From the NCBI GenBank assembly GCA_964565945.1, contig CAZMGY010000010.1, positions 30,001 to 62,000 of the forward strand: a DNA stretch of 32,000 bases, given 5' to 3'. Below the pieces are notes generated by a model. That model saw only the letters and a list, made by a program, of their open reading frames with translations, had not been told where the DNA came from and did no database searches. The DNA comes from an uncultured bacterium (GTDB lineage Bacteria; GCA-001730085). The position numbers were made by a program, and so were the translations under genes. Positions 19,390 to 28,118 of this stretch are shown here, piece by piece (position 1 is the stretch's first letter; the number at the start of each line of letters is the position of its first letter).

Positions 19390-20001
19390 ATGAAAATCAA
19401 AGCCATGAAAACTTGGATGTCAGTTGTTCTTATTACAATGATTTTAGGAAACTTTGTCGATTTGTGGGCCGATAAGGATGATCAAGGGGCGGTGGATGTT
19501 CGCCAAGGTCAATCCCCTCAAGTGATGTTGGAACGAGATTTTTATTTAGACACTTTTTACGATGATTTGGCTCAGATGCATCATCGGATGTTGCGCATTC
19601 TCAATACCCCTGATAGCTTTTTTGGAGATAGCCCTTTTGTTGCGCAGGGGGCACGTCACCAAGGGTTTTCTCTCAATATTGATATGCGTCAAGACAAAGA
19701 TTATTTGATTATCACCTGTGATTTACCTGGCATGGACAAAGATAAAATAGATATTTTCATTGACCAAGATGTTTTGACGATCAGCGGTGAGCGCAAACGT
19801 TTGGAAGAAACCAAAGAAGAAGGTGAGGAGCGTTACATTTATCAGTCGTTCCAAGAGTTTGGGCAATTTTCTCGAAGTGTTAAAATTCCTAAGTCGATTG
19901 ATCCTGCCGACACTAAAGTTTCTTACAAAGATGGTGTTTTGACCATTAAACTGAAGCATAAAGACGAAGAGAATAAACCTTTTAAAGTTAAAGTAGCTTA
20001 A
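19390..20001 (+). CDS. Hsp20/alpha-crystallin family protein with N-terminal signal peptide
   Basis: AGGAGG RBS. Signal-peptide-like MKIKAMKTWMSVVLITMILGNFVDLWA. C-terminal alpha-crystallin domain (FSLNIDMRQDKDYLIITCDLPGMDKDKIDIFIDQDVLTISGER...KVSYKDGVLTIKL). Confidence 0.88.
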   Translation: MKIKAMKTWMSVVLITMILGNFVDLWADKDDQGAVDVRQGQSPQVMLERDFYLDTFYDDLAQMHHRMLRILNTPDSFFGDSPFVAQGARHQGFSLNIDMRQDKDYLIITCDLPGMDKDKIDIFIDQDVLTISGERKRLEETKEEGEERYIYQSFQEFGQFSRSVKIPKSIDPADTKVSYKDGVLTIKLKHKDEENKPFKVKVA

Positions 20002-20199
20002 GTTATGAATTACAAGAAAGGCTCCTTTATTTGAATCGGTGTAAGGTTGTATTAAGATATTGAATGAACTGAAATAGGAAATTAATGGATTGTGCTTACG
20101 AAAAAAGAACTTAATTTATTAGTGATGCTGCAGGTGCTGTTTTTAATTTAACACTTGTGGGCTAAGTGCCAATCTTTACCCGCGTTAACTTTTCAAACC

Positions 20200-20229
20200 T
20201 TGACAAATGATCTTGAATCCTCGTATAGT
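20200..20229 (+). promoter_or_regulatory. candidate sigma70-type promoter for prfB
   Basis: TTGACA (20200-20205), 18-nt spacer, TATAGT (20224-20229). It lies about 45 nt upstream of ATG 20274. Confidence 0.4.
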
Positions 20230-20273
20230 TTAGTTTCGTTCAGAAGTTAAAACCCTGGGATAAAAATACAGTG

Positions 20274-21372
20274 ATGGAGCATATTGGATCTACCCTAAAA
20301 GACCTTCGTGAGTGCGTTGATCGTGCGAAGGAGTATCTTTGACTTTGCGACTCAGCAGCAGCAATTAAATGATTATGAAGCTCAAATGGCTGAACCTGAG
20401 TTTTGGTCGTCGGATGGCAAGGCTGATGTCATACAAACCGTCAAACAGCTCAAACTGCTGATTGAACCTTGGCAGGTCATTGGACAGGAGCTGCAAGATT
20501 TGCAGGAGTTTTATGAATTTTTGCAAGAACAAGCTGACGATGAATCCGAAGAAATGATCGGTGATGTGGAGCGCGACTTGCAAGTGTTGGTCAAATCGGT
20601 TGAGCAAGAAGAGTTAAAAGTTATGCTGGGCAACGAAGAAGATGTGTGCAACGCTTTTTTGGCAATCAATGCTGGTGCTGGCGGGACTGAATCCTGTGAT
20701 TGGGCGAGTATGCTTTTGCGTATGTATCAACGTTGGGCCGAAAAAAAAGGATTTACGGTCAAAACCGTCGACTTACTGCCTGGTGAAGAGGCTGGTGTTA
20801 AAAATGTGATCATCTTGATTGAAGGACCGTATGCCTTTGGTTATTTGAAGTCCGAACGAGGTGTTCATCGTTTGGTGCGCATTTCGCCTTTCGATTCGAA
20901 CAAACGTCGCCACACATCCTTTGCTTCGGTGGATATTACGCCCGAAATTGACGAAAATATTAATATTGATGTTGATGAGAATGATCTTAAAATTGATACT
21001 TATCGTGCTGGAGGCGCAGGAGGACAGCATGTGAACAAGACCGATTCGGCGGTTCGCATTACGCATGTGTCCACAGGAATTGTGGTGCAATGTCAGAATG
21101 AACGTTCGCAGCATAAAAATAAGGCCTCGGCCATGAAGATGATGAAGTCTAAGCTTTATGAAAAAGAATTGCAGGATAGGCGTGAAAAGCAAGAAGCGTC
21201 TTACTCTGAAAAAAGTGAGATTGCTTGGGGGAATCAAATCCGTTCCTACGTGTATCAGCCTTACACAATGGTGAAAGATCACCAAACTAATTATCAGTCT
21301 GGCAATGTTTTAGGTGTGATGGATGGAGATTTAGATCCATTTATTGAAGCCTATCTGAAACATAAAACGTGA
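20274..21372 (+). CDS. prfB: peptide chain release factor 2, made by programmed +1 frameshift: join(20274..20339,20341..21372)
   Basis: Frame-0 ORF MEHIGSTLKDLRECVDRAKEYL ends at an in-frame TGA (20340-20342) within CTT TGA C. The +1 frame continues as DFATQQQ... and carries the RF2-specific SPF (RISPFDS) and GGQ (GAGGQHVNKT) motifs. The ORF-track start at 20308 is an artefact of the frameshift. Confidence 0.95.
20328..20343 (+). promoter_or_regulatory. RF2 autoregulatory +1 frameshift site (internal SD-like AAGGAG, slippery CTT, TGA C)
   Basis: AAG GAG TAT CTT TGA C. Its layout is the same as the classical E. coli prfB site AGG GGG TAT CTT TGA C. Confidence 0.88.
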
Positions 21373-21402
21373 ATTTAACGAAAAATGTTTTGAGGGGGAG
21401 TA

Positions 21403-22176
21403 ATGTTTCGCTATCATATTTTGGCGAGTGGAAGTTCGGGTAATTTGACTTTGATTCAAAGTCCCGAAGCTAATGTGGTGATTGATTGCGGTATCAGTGG
21501 GCGTAGAGTAGTTCAGAAGCTTAATTCGCTGGGCCTAAGCTTAGAAGATTTGGATGCCGTTTTGGTAACACATAGCCATAGTGATCACACGCAGGGTTTA
21601 CCTCAAGTGACAAAGGTGGTTAAGCCGTGTTTGAGTAACTTACTTTACGATGCGATCAGTGATCGGATTGCTGATCATCAGGAACCGCTCCTTTTCCGTT
21701 CCAACGAAGCTTTTTGGATCAAAGATATACATGTGTTGCCTGTTCGAGTCAGCCATGATTGTGTTGACCCAGTTTGCTTTGTCCTACGATGTGGAGAAGA
21801 TAAAATGGCTGTGGTGACAGATTTAGGAGAGGTGAATGCCTCCTTGGTGGACGAAATCCATGGAGCGCGGGTGGTTATTATGGAGGCCAATCATGATTTG
21901 GGGCTATTGTCGCGCAGTCCACGCCCAGTGTCTTTGAAAAATCGCATTATTAGCAAAGTGGGGCACTTGTCGAATCGCAGTTCGGGGCGTTTTTTGGCTG
22001 ATGTTCATAGCGAAACACTCGAAGAAGTAATTTTGGTGCATCTGAGTCGCGATTGCAATACGCCAGAATTGGCTCTGGAGACGATTAAAGAAGAAATGCA
22101 GCAAAAACAGATTGTTTTTGATCAATTCCGAGTGGCGGGTCCTGAGGGCATTCTCGGTTCTATTCTTTACAACTAG
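21403..22176 (+). CDS. MBL-fold metallo-hydrolase (YycJ/PhnP-like)
   Basis: 257 aa. HSHSDH (HxHxDH) metal motif, and an N-terminus (ILASGSSGN...IDCG) typical of the beta-lactamase-fold hydrolase family. Confidence 0.85.
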   Translation: MFRYHILASGSSGNLTLIQSPEANVVIDCGISGRRVVQKLNSLGLSLEDLDAVLVTHSHSDHTQGLPQVTKVVKPCLSNLLYDAISDRIADHQEPLLFRSNEAFWIKDIHVLPVRVSHDCVDPVCFVLRCGEDKMAVVTDLGEVNASLVDEIHGARVVIMEANHDLGLLSRSPRPVSLKNRIISKVGHLSNRSSGRFLADVHSETLEEVILVHLSRDCNTPELALETIKEEMQQKQIVFDQFRVAGPEGILGSILYN

Positions 22177-22194
22177 AATTTGTCTAAAGTAGGT

Positions 22195-22353
22195 GAGAGC
22201 TATTTGCTTTTAAAAGAATTACTTCATCCCGAGGGTTTGCAGTTGTTGCATGGACTCGGCTCCTCTTTTGATATTACCTCTGTTTATGAATTGGATTAAT
22301 TATTGGGTTTAGGTGTTGATCCTGTCCAAATTAGTTATGGCAACACGATTAAA
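22195..22353 (+). pseudogene. internal fragment of an ornithine/DAP/arginine decarboxylase (group IV PLP) family gene
   Basis: The frame reads ESYLLLKELLHPEGLQLLHGLGSSFDITSVYELD*LLGLGVDPVQISYGNTIK**. It matches the family block LG-x-G-FD-x-AS-x-x-E-L...LGV-x-P-x-x-I-x-Y-x-N-x-x-K. It has an in-frame stop, no N-terminal PLP-Lys region and no downstream continuation. Confidence 0.55.
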
Positions 22354-22436
22354 TAATAACTACGACGACTTCGTCGAAAAGAGCGGAGACTTGGTGGAGC
22401 AAAGTTGTTGAGGAGTTGAAACGTATCCTTGCTAAG

Positions 22437-22952
22437 CTACGGGGCTTTTGTGACGACCACTGCTTTTCTCAAGCCGAGCGTTCCAATCAATGTTTCTTTA
22501 TCGGCCACACCCACATGACTCCAGATCAATTGACCCTCTTTGTTGACAAGAAAGAGACTAGGAATACCCCGAACGCCATAACTTTGGGCGACGCCTTTGT
22601 TGTCGTGCAAGACCATCATTTTGGAATAGCCCATCTTGTTGATATAAGCGATGGGGGCTTCAATGTCATTGTCAACGTTAATAAGCAAAATGGTGTAATG
22701 GTCTCCTGGGAACTCATTCAAAATATGATTGATTTCAACCAGTTCTTGGAGACAAGGAGGGCACCAGGTGGCCCAGAAGTCAATCAAAACTTTTTGTCCA
22801 CGAAAGTCACTTAGGCTAACGGTGTCTCCATTAATTGTTTTGAGTGTAAAATCAGATACAGCTCTTTGAGGTTTAGCTGCGGTTAAATATCCAGATAGAA
22901 CAAGAGATATTGCTAAGCAAATGGATGTTGTTAATTTTTTATATCGGAACAT
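22437..22952 (-). CDS. TlpA/ResA-like periplasmic thiol:disulfide oxidoreductase
   Basis: 171 aa. Signal peptide MFRYKKLTTSICLAISLVLSGYLTA and thioredoxin active site FWATWCPPC. Confidence 0.9.
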   Translation of the reverse strand: MFRYKKLTTSICLAISLVLSGYLTAAKPQRAVSDFTLKTINGDTVSLSDFRGQKVLIDFWATWCPPCLQELVEINHILNEFPGDHYTILLINVDNDIEAPIAYINKMGYSKMMVLHDNKGVAQSYGVRGIPSLFLVNKEGQLIWSHVGVADKETLIGTLGLRKAVVVTKAP

Positions 22953-23024
22953 AAATGTACCCTTTCTTCGCTAGGTTTCTCATCTTACACCTAATTTGTA
23001 TGTGCCTCTTTCCAAGTATGCCCA

Positions 23025-24986
23025 TTATATCCCATTTTGAATCAAATGTGCCAAAGCCTCGCTATCCTGCTGCTGTTGCGAGGTGCTTTCGAGAATAAAT
23101 TGAGCATGAGGATTGCTGGCATCATTCCAGAGGGCTTGTTGGGCGCGATACCGTGCTTGGACAATGTCTTTTTGTTTGAGTTTGATGAGAGCCAGTTTGA
23201 GCTGTGGTTGACAGGCTTTGGGTTGAGCTTGTGCGGCTTGTTCAAAATACATCTCAGCTTGGGTTAAAAGGCTTCTTTGTAATGCATATTTTCCTAGGTG
23301 GGTATAAGTGGTGTAGGCAATAAGGGAACGATAAGCCACCACAAAATCTTCGTTCGACATTTGTCTTTGGTGTTCACGCAGAGAACTGAATGCCCATTGA
23401 ATAAAGAAGTCTTCGGGCAAAGCAAGCAAATAATCTTCAAAAAAATAGTGCTCTCCATAACGAAGGTTTAAAGCCTGTTCTAAGTTTTTAAGACTAGGGA
23501 TATCGAGGCTTTGATTAAGCTGTTGCATAATCTGAATTTTGTTGTGCAAAACTAGTGGATGCAGGCTATCTTGCTTGAGGAGAGTTTTGAATATTTTGTG
23601 GACCTGTTGATCTGGAAAGTGGGGACATGTTTTATAACGATATAGGTGTTGACCGAGCATAAAAACAAAATTATGACCATGAATCATGCTGTAGGGGTGT
23701 CGTTGCCAGCGCGTGTAAAAGTTGTTTACTAAGGCTTTACTATGGTCTTGTGAAGGAAACGAGGACATTTGCCCCAGAAGCGCTTCACTTTGGAGGCGGT
23801 GGTCTATCGATGTAGATGGCTTTGGGCGTTCATAGGTTGTTTTTTTTACAGTTTTTAGGATGGAATCCCAGATAGCGTAAGGCGACCATACTTTATGCAA
23901 GAGAGTGTGTGTGTCATGTTGTTCCTGTTTGTTCGGTCCTTGTGTATTAAGAAGAGCCTGAACCTGATTATATAAGTTGTCTAGACGAAAATGGTGAATA
24001 GGAAGTTTAGAGGGCCAGTTTAGCTTCTCTAACAGGTTGATAGAGCTCAAAACCAGTGTGTTATGTTTCAAGCTGCTATGGATGGCAGAGTGCAAGAATG
24101 TCTGAGTGCTGTTGTCATGAAAGTAAATCATAAGGCGAGCATGGGCAATAACGTTTTCGAACTGTGTTGTTATCGAATCGACCGTGACGATGCGGTATTG
24201 TTCTTTAAGGTCTTGAATAATTTGAAGAAATGAGTGTGTTAGAGCGTTATGAGGTGATGGCGAAATGAGGCAAATGGCATCGATGGTGCGTTCTTCCCAC
24301 TCAAGAGGGTCTTTGGGTCGAGATGGATCAACACAAGGATTGATTGGACAGACATAAATCGGAGCTTGGGTCAGCTTTTGACATAAGTCTTTATCTTTGG
24401 GGTTTGTAACAATAAGGATGTCCATATGTTGGATATCGCGAGCAAGACGCTCCATATAGGGGTGGGTGTTTTGAATAAAGCCTATCTTGAGACAGTCGAT
24501 ATCATCAATGTTGCGTGGAAGGTAACAGGTTTCGAGTCCTACAGCGATCATGATATCGGGTTTCCATGGGGAGTGCCAGTTTTTGTGTAAAGGAGATAGA
24601 GTTTGAACGTCGCCAAGAGCCATGAGCGGATGGGTGTGTAGTGCATGGCTCTCGTGGGGGTGACATAGAAGAATGTTAAGACGGTCTTGCGGGAGATGTT
24701 CTCTGTAGGAGTGGCGAAAAGAGTTAATGGTCAATAGCAGGTCAGATTGAAGTTGATGATGTTCAATCATGTGGTTTAGCAATTGGATATAGTGATCATT
24801 AGCCGCAAGGTAATCGCCGTGATAAGTTAGAGATTGAGCTAGTTTGAGGCGCGTCTCAAGCATGCTAGGGTCGATTTGTAGGGCTTCTTCAAAAAAAGAA
24901 ATGGCTAAAGGAAGATCACCCATCTGGGCCTTGTGAACTCCTTTATGACAAAGTTCTTGTGAACGAGAAAGAGATTGTACACTCAT
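23025..24986 (-). CDS. TPR-repeat protein with central CgeB-like (GT1-type) glycosyltransferase-like region
   Basis: 653 aa. TPR-like helices at both ends (GDLPLAISFFEEALQIDP... and ...AEMYFEQAAQAQP...). Residues ~150-330 (PDIMIAVGLE...DILIVTNPKD...IYVCPINPCVDPSRP...IDAICLISPSP...) resemble the CgeB/DUF3880 plus Glyco_trans_1_2 layout. The domain call is tentative. Confidence 0.8.
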   Translation of the reverse strand: MSVQSLSRSQELCHKGVHKAQMGDLPLAISFFEEALQIDPSMLETRLKLAQSLTYHGDYLAANDHYIQLLNHMIEHHQLQSDLLLTINSFRHSYREHLPQDRLNILLCHPHESHALHTHPLMALGDVQTLSPLHKNWHSPWKPDIMIAVGLETCYLPRNIDDIDCLKIGFIQNTHPYMERLARDIQHMDILIVTNPKDKDLCQKLTQAPIYVCPINPCVDPSRPKDPLEWEERTIDAICLISPSPHNALTHSFLQIIQDLKEQYRIVTVDSITTQFENVIAHARLMIYFHDNSTQTFLHSAIHSSLKHNTLVLSSINLLEKLNWPSKLPIHHFRLDNLYNQVQALLNTQGPNKQEQHDTHTLLHKVWSPYAIWDSILKTVKKTTYERPKPSTSIDHRLQSEALLGQMSSFPSQDHSKALVNNFYTRWQRHPYSMIHGHNFVFMLGQHLYRYKTCPHFPDQQVHKIFKTLLKQDSLHPLVLHNKIQIMQQLNQSLDIPSLKNLEQALNLRYGEHYFFEDYLLALPEDFFIQWAFSSLREHQRQMSNEDFVVAYRSLIAYTTYTHLGKYALQRSLLTQAEMYFEQAAQAQPKACQPQLKLALIKLKQKDIVQARYRAQQALWNDASNPHAQFILESTSQQQQDSEALAHLIQNGI

Positions 24987-25177
24987 AATAAAGTTATTCT
25001 AGCACAATTATTAAAAGACTTTTTGAGTGAGTTGTGTTTCTGTGTTAGCTAAGGAGATTTGTTGAGAAATATTTTGATGCAGTTAATGCCCTTTTTGATA
25101 AGTTAATGTATTGCAGGCTGTGGAGGAGAGAGAAAACGGAGCATATAATCTTTTTTCTTGAGCAGTTATTCTACTTT

Positions 25178-25202
25178 GGGGTCAATTGGGAGGGGCGGGG
25201 GG
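25178..25202 (+). other. canonical G-quadruplex-forming motif GGGG-tcaatt-GGG-a-GGGG-c-GGGGGG
   Basis: Read directly. Four G runs of at least 3 with loops of 6, 1 and 1 nt. It lies in the 586-bp divergent spacer between the TPR gene and nrdR. Confidence 0.6.
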
Positions 25203-25572
25203 TATGTAATCTATGTTTGCGACCAGCTGTGTGTGCCCCTCGAGAAGCGGTTGTCTTTTAAACTTTCTTTATGAATTTATTTGCTATGGGACGGGGCTTG
25301 GCGGGCTTTTTTAGCTGTACTCGATAGGTGTCAGAGTATTCACTACCTAGAGATCCCCTCGACTGATTTCTTATTCACATTGTCATTATTTTGGCTTTGT
25401 CCGCCTTAAACGCTGGGGTTGGGTTGTATTTTTAGCTAGGGTCAATCTAACACGAGCTTGATTGAGCGTTTAGCTTTTTATTTTGTGGAATGGATTAGCT
25501 TAGATTTTGCATTTAATGTTATGTATTAAATAGCGTATATTGTTAGTTCTGATTTTATGTTACGATAGGGAC

Positions 25573-26049
25573 ATGCAGTGCCCTTTTTGTGCCCACTTAG
25601 ATGATAAGGTGATCGATTCACGCTTAATCCACGAGGGAAAAGTTGTTCGTCGGTGGCGTGAATGTTTGTCTTGCAAACGTCGTTTCACAACCTACGAACA
25701 GGTAGAAGTTTTGCCGTTGATGGTGATTAAGAAGAATGGTGTTCGGGAACGATTTAATGGGGAAAAAATCATTTTTGGGATTGTAAAAGCCTGCGAAAAA
25801 CGCCCCGTAACATTGGAGAAAATACAGGCTTTGGTGGACTGGGTTGAGGTATCCATACGCCAGAAATTTGAAGATGAAGTTCCTTGTAAAATGATTGGGG
25901 AAGAAGTGATTAAGGAGCTGAAGAAGCTTGATCAAGTAGCGTGCGTTCGCTTTATTTCGGTTTACAAAGATTTTAAAGATATTAACGAATTTATGTCAGA
26001 GCTTAAAATTTTGCTACGTAAAGATGAGGGGGGCCTTCCTTTATGCTAA
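25573..26049 (+). CDS. nrdR: transcriptional repressor NrdR
   Basis: MQCPFCAHLDDKVIDSR...CLSCKRRFTTYE Zn ribbon followed by an ATP-cone. The ORF is open from TTG 25540, but the canonical M-x-CP-x-C start is at 25573. Confidence 0.93.
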   Translation: MQCPFCAHLDDKVIDSRLIHEGKVVRRWRECLSCKRRFTTYEQVEVLPLMVIKKNGVRERFNGEKIIFGIVKACEKRPVTLEKIQALVDWVEVSIRQKFEDEVPCKMIGEEVIKELKKLDQVACVRFISVYKDFKDINEFMSELKILLRKDEGGLPLC

Positions 26050-28118
26050 AGGATTTTCTTGTTTCATCGGTGTGTAAGCACGATGAGGTACAAGTGCCTT
26101 TCGATCGCCAGCGTATTGTGAGTGCGATTGCGAGGGCCTTTGAGGTTTCGGATTCCAATGATAGGAGTCAAGTTGAGCCTATTGTTGATACGGTTTGTGA
26201 TTTGATTCAACAATCTTACCAAGAGCAGGTACCTCATATCGAAAACATTCAAGATGTGATCGAAATGGTTCTTATTCAAACGGGACATGGGGCGGTGGCC
26301 AATGTTTTTTCGCGTTATCGTGAGCAGCACAAAGAGGCGCGCGAAAAACTTAGAGTGTTTAAATATCAGGCACAACTTTATGTGGTCAGTGAGTCTTCGG
26401 AGCAGGATGTTTTGACAACTCCCTGGCAAAGGAGTGTTCTTGAACAATCGCTTTATAAGGATTATCAATTGAGTTTGGATAGAGCCAAGGATGTGGCTAA
26501 ATCTGTCGAAAAAGCGTTGATTCAATTGGGTTATGCGCGTATATCAACGGGCTTGATTGATAATTTGATTCAACAGGAGATGTTGCAAAAGGGGCTGTTT
26601 TTTCGTCCTGCAGCCCAAAGTCGCATGGGAATGGATATTGCTGACATGAAAGATGTTTTGGCGCATAGAGAGGTGGAGCGTCCTCAATATGTGTATCAGC
26701 AAATAGCGGCCGATACGATGAGGCAATTTATGTTGCAAAGCATTTATTCGCCAGAGGTGGTTAATTATCACCTACGTGGAGCGATGCACCTTTATAGCTT
26801 AGATTCTTGCTATTGGGATGAAGCTTCTTTGTCGTTAGAAGCCTTGAAACGTTTGGGAATGAGTTTGGTCTTTCTGGCGGAAACGGCGGCTCCTCCCAAA
26901 TATGCGCGAAGCCTTTCGGGACAGTTATCAACATTGATTCAAGAGTGTGGAGCTTATGCTGCACGAAAGATTATTATTCCTTCGTTAACTCTTTCGTATG
27001 CTCCTTTTTTGGAGGGCATGAGCTATGACCAAATCAAACAAGAAGCGCAGACGCTTTTTTATAGCTGTTGGCGATCGATTGATTTGACCCAACGACCTCA
27101 AGATGTTGATATCGAAATCGAACTGGCGGTTCCTCAGGCGTGGCAAGATATTGATGCAATTGGGCCTTCTGGAGAGTGGACGGGAAAACGCTATGGTCAT
27201 TATCAAGACACGGTTGAAATGTTTGCAATGGCCATGGTGGAGGTGATCGACGAAGAACTTCCACTCCATCGAGCCAGTGGTTTTCCGCAATGTGTTCTTT
27301 CGGTGACCTCGCGAGGCTTGGCCACTTTGGCTCAAAAAGAAATTTTACGGGCAGCTTTATCGGTGGCGCGAGTGAATCCTCATTTGAGCATTCGTTTGGA
27401 TCCTATTGAAAATCAAAAACGTTCCGATTTATGGGAGACACGGCTGTTTCATGATTTAACATTTCATACGGTGGCAATTAATATGCCACAACTGGTGTAT
27501 CGTTGGAAGCATTTGCGCGAAAATACTCTTTATTTGCTTATGTACAGCGTGATAGATCGTGTATTGGAGAGTTGTTTGCAAAAAAGACACATGTTATCTC
27601 AGATCAAGGCTTTGCCTCTGGTTGTTGACGATAAGGAACGTTTGCAGGAATGTTGTCGGATAGAACTTGTGGGTTTGGGTTCGGCTCTTGATCACATGTA
27701 TGACGATGGTGTTAAAGAAGATTATGTTCACCAAGTGATGCATTACTGTTGGCAAAAAGCAGATCAATTTTCCGAAGAGCATAACGTGAATATTCGTTTT
27801 CATGTTGCCTCCGATCCGCAAGTGAATTGTGCGATGGTGCAGGCCAATGAGCGATTTGCACCAGATTTGAATAATTTAATGTCTGTGATGGAGGACCATA
27901 GTTATCAAGATTTACAACCCTTTGGTACCGCAACGTACGCGAATCGTAAAATGTTTGCGGGTTGGCTTAAATGTTACGAGCATTATGGTTGGCCGATTCT
28001 TTTGGATATTCTGGGAGAGCACAGTTTTATGACCAACGAGGATTTGTTGGCGAGTCTAACGGCCCTCTTGTATAAAGAGGATATGAGTGTTCAGGAGGAA
28101 ATGTTTGTTGATGTCTGA
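26043..28118 (+). CDS. class III (anaerobic) ribonucleotide reductase NrdD homologue, apparently non-canonical or catalytically degenerate
   Basis: 691 aa. N-terminal ATP-cone (VQVPFDRQRIVSAIARAF), then a second cone-like segment (WQRSVLEQSL...ISTGLIDNLIQQEMLQKGL). NYHLRGAMHLYSLD resembles the NrdD H-x-G-x-IHIHDL block. AAPPKYARSLSGQL, TFHTVAINMPQL and IELVGLGSAL blocks are NrdD-like. The start ATG overlaps the nrdR stop (ATGCTAA). No C-terminal Cys cluster or R-x-x-G-Y/F tail. Confidence 0.8.
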   Translation: MLKDFLVSSVCKHDEVQVPFDRQRIVSAIARAFEVSDSNDRSQVEPIVDTVCDLIQQSYQEQVPHIENIQDVIEMVLIQTGHGAVANVFSRYREQHKEAREKLRVFKYQAQLYVVSESSEQDVLTTPWQRSVLEQSLYKDYQLSLDRAKDVAKSVEKALIQLGYARISTGLIDNLIQQEMLQKGLFFRPAAQSRMGMDIADMKDVLAHREVERPQYVYQQIAADTMRQFMLQSIYSPEVVNYHLRGAMHLYSLDSCYWDEASLSLEALKRLGMSLVFLAETAAPPKYARSLSGQLSTLIQECGAYAARKIIIPSLTLSYAPFLEGMSYDQIKQEAQTLFYSCWRSIDLTQRPQDVDIEIELAVPQAWQDIDAIGPSGEWTGKRYGHYQDTVEMFAMAMVEVIDEELPLHRASGFPQCVLSVTSRGLATLAQKEILRAALSVARVNPHLSIRLDPIENQKRSDLWETRLFHDLTFHTVAINMPQLVYRWKHLRENTLYLLMYSVIDRVLESCLQKRHMLSQIKALPLVVDDKERLQECCRIELVGLGSALDHMYDDGVKEDYVHQVMHYCWQKADQFSEEHNVNIRFHVASDPQVNCAMVQANERFAPDLNNLMSVMEDHSYQDLQPFGTATYANRKMFAGWLKCYEHYGWPILLDILGEHSFMTNEDLLASLTALLYKEDMSVQEEMFVDV

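Noticed and set aside
20773-21285. 170-aa minus-strand ORF inside prfB
   Set aside because: It is antisense to the conserved GGQ/SPF-bearing RF2 frame and has no recognisable motifs, so it is a shadow ORF.
20308-21372. ORF-track start of prfB at 20308 (MSALIVRRSIFDFATQ...)
   Set aside because: The residues before DFATQ are out-of-frame read-through of the frame-0 leader. The classical CTT TGA C site shows that the real gene starts at 20274 and shifts at 20340.
22416-22814. 132-aa + strand ORF overlapping the TlpA-like gene
   Set aside because: The minus-strand frame carries a signal peptide and the WCPPC thioredoxin site. The + frame has no motifs. Only its first codons could conceivably continue the decarboxylase relic, and that is unsupported.
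25213-25314. 33-codon Cys-rich small ORF (MFATSCVCPSRSGCLLNFLYEFICYGTGLGGLF) downstream of the G-rich tract
   Set aside because: It has no convincing RBS spacing, no homology I can recognise, and is short enough to arise by chance.
25530-25545. Possible NrdR box ATAGCGTATATTGTTA just upstream of nrdR
   Set aside because: Only the right half (TATTGT) fits the acaCwAtATaTwGtgt consensus. The left half does not, and no tandem second box was seen. A PWM scan is needed before calling it.
26064-27933. Series of minus-strand ORFs (153, 75, 67, 116, 76, 75 and 73 aa) across the NrdD-like gene
   Set aside because: All are antisense fragments of one long + strand ORF that shows family-level motifs along its whole length. 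None has motifs of its own.
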